From: Candidatus Faecivivens stercoripullorum
GTDB taxonomy: Bacteria; Bacillota; Clostridia; Oscillospirales; Ruminococcaceae
Assembly: GCA_018715285.1 (NCBI GenBank)
Contig: DVLW01000203.1
Location: forward strand, 1 to 28,461
DNA: 28,461 nucleotides
Direction of reading: 5' to 3'
Under the pieces are notes generated by a model, which did not search any database, had not been told where the DNA came from, and saw only the letters and a list, made by a program, of their open reading frames with translations. Below, in pieces: positions 24,272 through 28,461 of the stretch. Position numbers and translations under genes: made by a program. Within the stretch, counting starts at the first letter, position 1; every line of letters starts with the position of its first letter.

Positions 24272-27200
24272 TTATTCGCTTCTGAGTGCTTCAACCGGGT
24301 CTTTGCGTGCCGCCATCTTGGACGGAATCAGACCCGAAATAAAGGTCAGCAGCATACTGATCGCAACCAGTATCACCGCACCGACCGGCGGCAGCGCCGC
24401 AAGTCCTGCAATTCCTGTCAGCGCATCAATTATCATATTGATCGGAATCAGCAGCAGCAGTGTAACCACAATTCCGAGCGCACCCGAGCCAAAACCGATA
24501 ATCAGCGTTTCGGCGTTAAAGACGCTGGAGATATCATGCTTGGAAGCACCGATTGCACGCAGTATACCAATCTCCTTTGTACGTTCCAGAACCGAGATAT
24601 AGGTGATAATGCCGATCATGATCGACGAGACAACCAGCGAGATACCGACAAATGCAATCAGGATGTACGAAATCGCATTGATAATCGTCGTGACACTGCT
24701 CATCAGCAGGCCGACCATATCGGTATAATCGATGGTATCCTCTTCCCTTCCTTCGGAACGGCAGAGATCGTTGTAATCTTCAATCATCGCAGTCAGCTCT
24801 TCCTTGTCGGCAAACGACTTCGGAATCAGCTCAATCGAGGTGGGCGAATCAAAGTCCGCTGCACCAAATGCCGAGAGGTTACCGTCATAGGTGTTAGAGG
24901 TCGGCGCCGTGTAGCTTTCCATCAGTGCCCGTACCTCATCCGCCGACATCGACGACAGGTAAGCAAGCTGTTCTTCCGACAGAGTGGACGGGTCAATTCC
25001 CATCTCTTCCAGCACTGCAAGACTGTCGCTTTCGGCGGGTTCTTCATTACCCGGCTGCTGAGACTGTGCTGCCTGAGCAACCCGCATCCATTCGCCGTCG
25101 GTCATCGTCGCAGGGTCCATACCCATCGATTCAGCCAGCGGAGACAGGGCAACTTTCTGCTCCTCAGTCAGTCCGCTTTCGGCTGCCGGCTCGGAAGAAG
25201 TCTCCGGTTCAGTGGACTGGGTCTCAGTCTGGGGCTGTACGACGTCAATGACCCGCTGCCATTCGCTGTCGGTCATCGTTGCAGGGTCCATGCCCATCGA
25301 TTCAGCCGTCGGTGAAAGGGCAATCTTCTGCTCATCGGTCAGAGGCAGCTTGTAGGTGGGAGCTGTCTGGGACGGAGTTTCAGCGGTTTCCGACTCAGCT
25401 TCCGAAGCAGGCTGGCTTTCGACCGCTTCATCCGACGATTCCTCAGCAGGCTGTTCTTCCGGCTGGGTATCTTCTTCCGTCTGTTCAGGCTCCTGTGTCT
25501 GAGCGGACTCAAACGGCTTACCGGTCAGGATATCGGTATCAGGGTTTGCTTTCTGTGCTGCGACGACTTCCGAATCATTCGCCGCATTAATCAGGTATTC
25601 AGTCAGCTCGTGGGTATAGCCGATACCGCCCGAAACGCTGCTGGAACGCTCTGTCTCACGCACGACACCGGTAATCCTCAGCTGCACGCCATTAGCAGCT
25701 GCTTCGGAAATATAATCCGCATCTTCCCGATGATCGGTCCAGACACCGTCTCCGTCGCTGTCGTCAAACAAGTCACAGGACGGTACAACCGAAAAGGTCT
25801 TGCCAATCCATTCATCATAGGTGAAAGTAAGGTCTTCGGTGGTAAAGGTTTCCCCTGAATCAGGATTCATCATCTGTTCAACTTCCTCAAGCGGCTTGAT
25901 ACCAAGGGTATACAGGGTATAGTCGCTGATTTCGTTGTTCGGGCTGATAATCAGCACCGCTTCATCATAGCTCTCCGGCCAGGAACCAGAAAGCAGCTCG
26001 TAGGACGCATCCCGCAAATTCTCATTTTCCCGCAGCTCGGTAAAAACATTATAGCTGTCGGAATATGCCGACATCACCGGATTGACGCTGAGCAGCTCGG
26101 ACATGCCCATCTTGTCGACAACCAGGCTCGGATTGACCTGCTGGGTGGAACCGTCCTCCAGCGTGGTATAGACCATCGGCGTGACACCATACCGATAGGT
26201 AATCTCGTTGGTATACTGCATGACGGTCTCTTCATTTTCGGTCAGGTAGTCCTTGAAAGCCGACAGGTTGTTGGTCTGCACCTCTGCCTGCATCAGCTCG
26301 GTCATATCGCCCATCATATTGCTGGAATAGATCTTGTCAAGATCATGTTCCTCTGACTGGTGCATCTGGGAAGCAGAGGCAAGCATCGAGGTCAGGTCGA
26401 CGGTACTTGCTTCCAGCTGAATCGGGTAGGAAGCGAGTGTATCTTCCTGCACACCGTTGATATACTCCTGTACGCCGTTGGACAGCGACAGAATCAGCGC
26501 AATACCGATGATACCAATCGAACCGGCAAAAGAGGTGAGGATTGTTCTCCCCTTTTTGGTCATCAGGTTGTTGAGCGACAGCGACAGCGCCGTTCCAAAC
26601 GACATCGAGGTTTTCTCATTGGAGATAACCGCCGGCGGCTGTTCCGCTCCGGGGTCATACGGGTCGGTATCGCTCAGAATCTGGCCGTCCTGCATCCGGA
26701 CAATACGGGTGGAATACACTTCTGCAAGTTCCGGGTTATGGGTAACCATGATAACCAGCTTATCCCGCGAAATCTCCCGCAGGATTTCCATAATCTGGAC
26801 GCTGGTCTGGGTATCCAGTGCGCCGGTCGGTTCGTCCGCCAGCAGAATATCCGGATTGTTGACCAGTGCACGGGCAATCGCCACACGCTGCATCTGTCCG
26901 CCCGACATCTGGGAAGGACGCTTGCGGAGCTGGTCGCCAAGGCCAACTTTCTGAAGTGCTTCCGTTGCACGTTTGCGTCTTTCTGCCTTACCGACGCCGG
27001 AAAGGGTCAGGGCAAGTTCAACGTTTGCCAGCACCGACTGGTGCGGAATCAGGTTATAGCTCTGGAAGACAAAGCCGATTCTGTGGTTGCGGTAGCTGTC
27101 CCAATCGCGGTCACGGAATTCCCGTGTTGACCGGCCGTTGATAATCAGGTCGCCGCTGGTGTACTGGTCGAGTCCGCCAATGATATTAAGCAGGGTCGTT

Positions 27201-27331
27201 TTTCCCGAACCGGATGGACCCAGTATCGAAACAAACTCCGTTTCCCGAAAGGAGAGGCTGACGCCATCCAGCGCCTTAACCTGCAGATCTCCTGAAACAT
27301 AGTTTTTTCGGATTTGGTTAAGTTGGAGCAT
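24272..27331 (-). CDS. MacB/FtsX-like ABC transporter, fused ATPase-permease
   Basis: [37 protein letters not shown]; TM1; large extracellular domain; C-terminal FtsX region [18 protein letters not shown]. Start ATG 27331. Confidence 0.93.
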   Translation of the reverse strand: MLQLNQIRKNYVSGDLQVKALDGVSLSFRETEFVSILGPSGSGKTTLLNIIGGLDQYTSGDLIINGRSTREFRDRDWDSYRNHRIGFVFQSYNLIPHQSVLANVELALTLSGVGKAERRKRATEALQKVGLGDQLRKRPSQMSGGQMQRVAIARALVNNPDILLADEPTGALDTQTSVQIMEILREISRDKLVIMVTHNPELAEVYSTRIVRMQDGQILSDTDPYDPGAEQPPAVISNEKTSMSFGTALSLSLNNLMTKKGRTILTSFAGSIGIIGIALILSLSNGVQEYINGVQEDTLASYPIQLEASTVDLTSMLASASQMHQSEEHDLDKIYSSNMMGDMTELMQAEVQTNNLSAFKDYLTENEETVMQYTNEITYRYGVTPMVYTTLEDGSTQQVNPSLVVDKMGMSELLSVNPVMSAYSDSYNVFTELRENENLRDASYELLSGSWPESYDEAVLIISPNNEISDYTLYTLGIKPLEEVEQMMNPDSGETFTTEDLTFTYDEWIGKTFSVVPSCDLFDDSDGDGVWTDHREDADYISEAAANGVQLRITGVVRETERSSSVSGGIGYTHELTEYLINAANDSEVVAAQKANPDTDILTGKPFESAQTQEPEQTEEDTQPEEQPAEESSDEAVESQPASEAESETAETPSQTAPTYKLPLTDEQKIALSPTAESMGMDPATMTDSEWQRVIDVVQPQTETQSTEPETSSEPAAESGLTEEQKVALSPLAESMGMDPATMTDGEWMRVAQAAQSQQPGNEEPAESDSLAVLEEMGIDPSTLSEEQLAYLSSMSADEVRALMESYTAPTSNTYDGNLSAFGAADFDSPTSIELIPKSFADKEELTAMIEDYNDLCRSEGREEDTIDYTDMVGLLMSSVTTIINAISYILIAFVGISLVVSSIMIGIITYISVLERTKEIGILRAIGASKHDISSVFNAETLIIGFGSGALGIVVTLLLLIPINMIIDALTGIAGLAALPPVGAVILVAISMLLTFISGLIPSKMAARKDPVEALRSE
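25088..25342 (-). repeat. Intragenic duplication of 28 codons (25088-25171 and 25259-25342)
   Basis: 73/84 nt and 24/28 aa identical; offset 171 nt. Confidence 0.92.
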
Positions 27332-27364
27332 TTCTTCCATCCTTTCCAATTAAAATACCAGATC

Positions 27365-27393
27365 ATTTTACAACGGGTTAACCAAAAATGCAA
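27365..27393 (-). promoter_or_regulatory. sigma-A promoter for the ABC transporter
   Basis: TTGCAT-17 bp-TAAAAT on the minus strand. Confidence 0.6.
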
Positions 27394-27421
27394 TGAACTG
27401 GTTGTAAAACAAAACCTGGAA

Positions 27422-27450
27422 TTGCACATTTTTCCATAAAGATGTATAAT
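27422..27450 (+). promoter_or_regulatory. sigma-A promoter for the DUF3237 gene
   Basis: TTGCAC-17 bp-TATAAT. Confidence 0.65.
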
Positions 27451-27503
27451 AAAACCAAAATCAAACAATATTTTATATATTATTATAGAAAGGATGACGC
27501 CTG

Positions 27504-27995
27504 ATGTCTGCACCAACCCTCAAAAAACAGTTTGAAATCCGTGTCGAGGTAGCGCCTCCCGTCCTGATCGGTCAGGACGATATTTCCGGCCGCCGCCAGC
27601 TGATCCCGATTCTCTCCGGCACCCTCACCGGTGCCAGCGAAGGAAACTTCCCATCCCTTACCGGTGAAGTCCTGCCGGGCGGTGTCGACAGCCAGGTCAT
27701 CCGGCCGGATGGAAAATGCGAACTGTCAGCGAGATATGGCGTCAGGCTGACAGGCGGTGAATGGGACGGCGCCAGCTTCTATATTGAGAACAATGGATTC
27801 CGTACCGTACCGGAAGAATATGTCCCGCAGGTACTGGCCGGTGGATTTGTCGACCCGTCACTCTATTATTTCTGCACTGTCCCGCAGTTTGAGGTATACG
27901 ACAGCCGTCTGAACTGGCTGAAACAGCGGCTGTTTATCTGCTCGGCAACACGACTTCCCGACGCTGTTATTCTTGGCTATTATACCGTCGAATAA
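27504..27995 (+). CDS. DUF3237 (UPF0311) family protein
   Basis: GRRQLIPILSG...GEVLPGGVDSQVIRPDG...LSARY...YIENNG...YYFCTVPQFE...LNWL pattern. Confidence 0.85.
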   Translation: MSAPTLKKQFEIRVEVAPPVLIGQDDISGRRQLIPILSGTLTGASEGNFPSLTGEVLPGGVDSQVIRPDGKCELSARYGVRLTGGEWDGASFYIENNGFRTVPEEYVPQVLAGGFVDPSLYYFCTVPQFEVYDSRLNWLKQRLFICSATRLPDAVILGYYTVE

Positions 27996-28022
27996 TCTCT
28001 TGAAAAAAAATTTAAAAAAGGC

Positions 28023-28051
28023 TTGACAAAATCATCCATCTGCGCTATAAT
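28023..28051 (+). promoter_or_regulatory. sigma-A promoter of tRNA-Pro
   Basis: Perfect TTGACA-17 bp-TATAAT with an upstream A-tract UP element. Confidence 0.88.
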
Positions 28052-28096
28052 AATAAACGTTGACGCGAAAGCCACCTGAGTGGTAAGCGAAAACGT

Positions 28097-28173
28097 CGGG
28101 GTGTAGCGCAGTTTGGTAGCGTGCATGGTTCGGGTCCATGAGGCCACGAGTTCGAGTCTCGTCACTCCGACCA
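28097..28173 (+). tRNA. tRNA-Pro (anticodon CGG)
   Basis: Acceptor CGGGGTG/CACTCCG, anticodon arm CATGG-TTCGGGT-CCATG, T-arm ACGAG-TTCGAGT-CTCGT, encoded CCA, 77 nt. Confidence 0.96.
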
Positions 28174-28175
28174 CC

Positions 28176-28209
28176 AAAAGAGATCTGTCTGATGACAGAT
28201 CTCTTTTTT
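28176..28209 (+). terminator. Intrinsic terminator of tRNA-Pro
   Basis: AAAAGAGATCTGTC-TGAT-GACAGATCTCTTTTTT. Confidence 0.88.
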
Positions 28210-28344
28210 GTTTTAGTCCATACCTCTTCTTGCATATTACCATATCTAAAATCAATCACTTTTATCCATAATGGAAGGGTCAGTAATCATAACCGCCGGA
28301 TATGGGACATCGGTACCGTTGTGCTCTTTCATATTATAATCTGA

Positions 28345-28461
28345 TTCAACAACTACTGCATCGCCAATGAAGAAATGCTGAAACAGGTCTGGATCAATCT
28401 TCTGGACAACGCGGTAAAATTCACCCCGGAAGGGGGCGCCGTTGAGGTTTCCATTCAGGAA
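28345..28461 (+). pseudogene. 5'-truncated sensor histidine kinase fragment (HATPase_c N-box), running off the window end
   Basis: FNNYCIANEEMLKQVWINLLDNAVKFTPEGGAVEVSIQE, preceded by an in-frame TGA at 28342-28344; no HisKA region upstream. Confidence 0.75.

Noticed and set aside
28171-28176. Encoded CCACCA after tRNA-Pro as a degradation tag
   Set aside because: The trailer would be trimmed in normal 3' processing, and CCACCA marking is post-transcriptional; probably coincidental.
28251-28331. 26-aa minus-strand ORF MKEHNGTDVPYPAVMITDPSIMDKSD
   Set aside because: No RBS and no recognisable motif; too short to support without conservation data.

Overview
Chromosomal window from a Clostridia-type Firmicute, probably Oscillospiraceae/Ruminococcaceae-like. 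That assignment is inferred from gene content, sigma-A promoters and GGAGG ribosome-binding sites (RBS). Left to right it holds: a partial ORF; htrA; an Old Yellow Enzyme (OYE)-like gene lacking catalytic residues; a lysophospholipase-like hydrolase and a sugar O-acetyltransferase; uvrB-Nudix-uvrA; and radC with a long acidic N-terminal extension and a candidate SOS box. Next come tRNA-Ser(CGA), a ~245-bp mini-element that ends in a second copy of the tRNA 3' end plus terminator, a frameshifted APH-like kinase and a frameshifted endolysin-like amidase. These are followed by MFS-nitrilase-metallophosphoesterase, mutT-(pseudo-exonuclease/exonuclease/BRCT)-DUF3795, a DUF362 Fe-S protein, a PadR plus membrane-partner pair, two paralogous membrane proteins of unknown function, a MacB-like ABC fusion with an internal repeat, DUF3237, tRNA-Pro(CGG) and a histidine-kinase fragment. 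The signal least explained by the genes is a dispersed non-coding repeat family at about 12.3, 19.9-20.2 and 22.0-22.2 kb. It consists of 3-nt-loop hairpins, a fixed-spacing CTTGATG-N3-ARGT-N5-CACGC motif and compensatory base changes, and one copy is bounded by tRNA T-arm sequences. No integrase, transposase or CRISPR array is present. All family assignments come from motif recognition by eye; no database searches were run.
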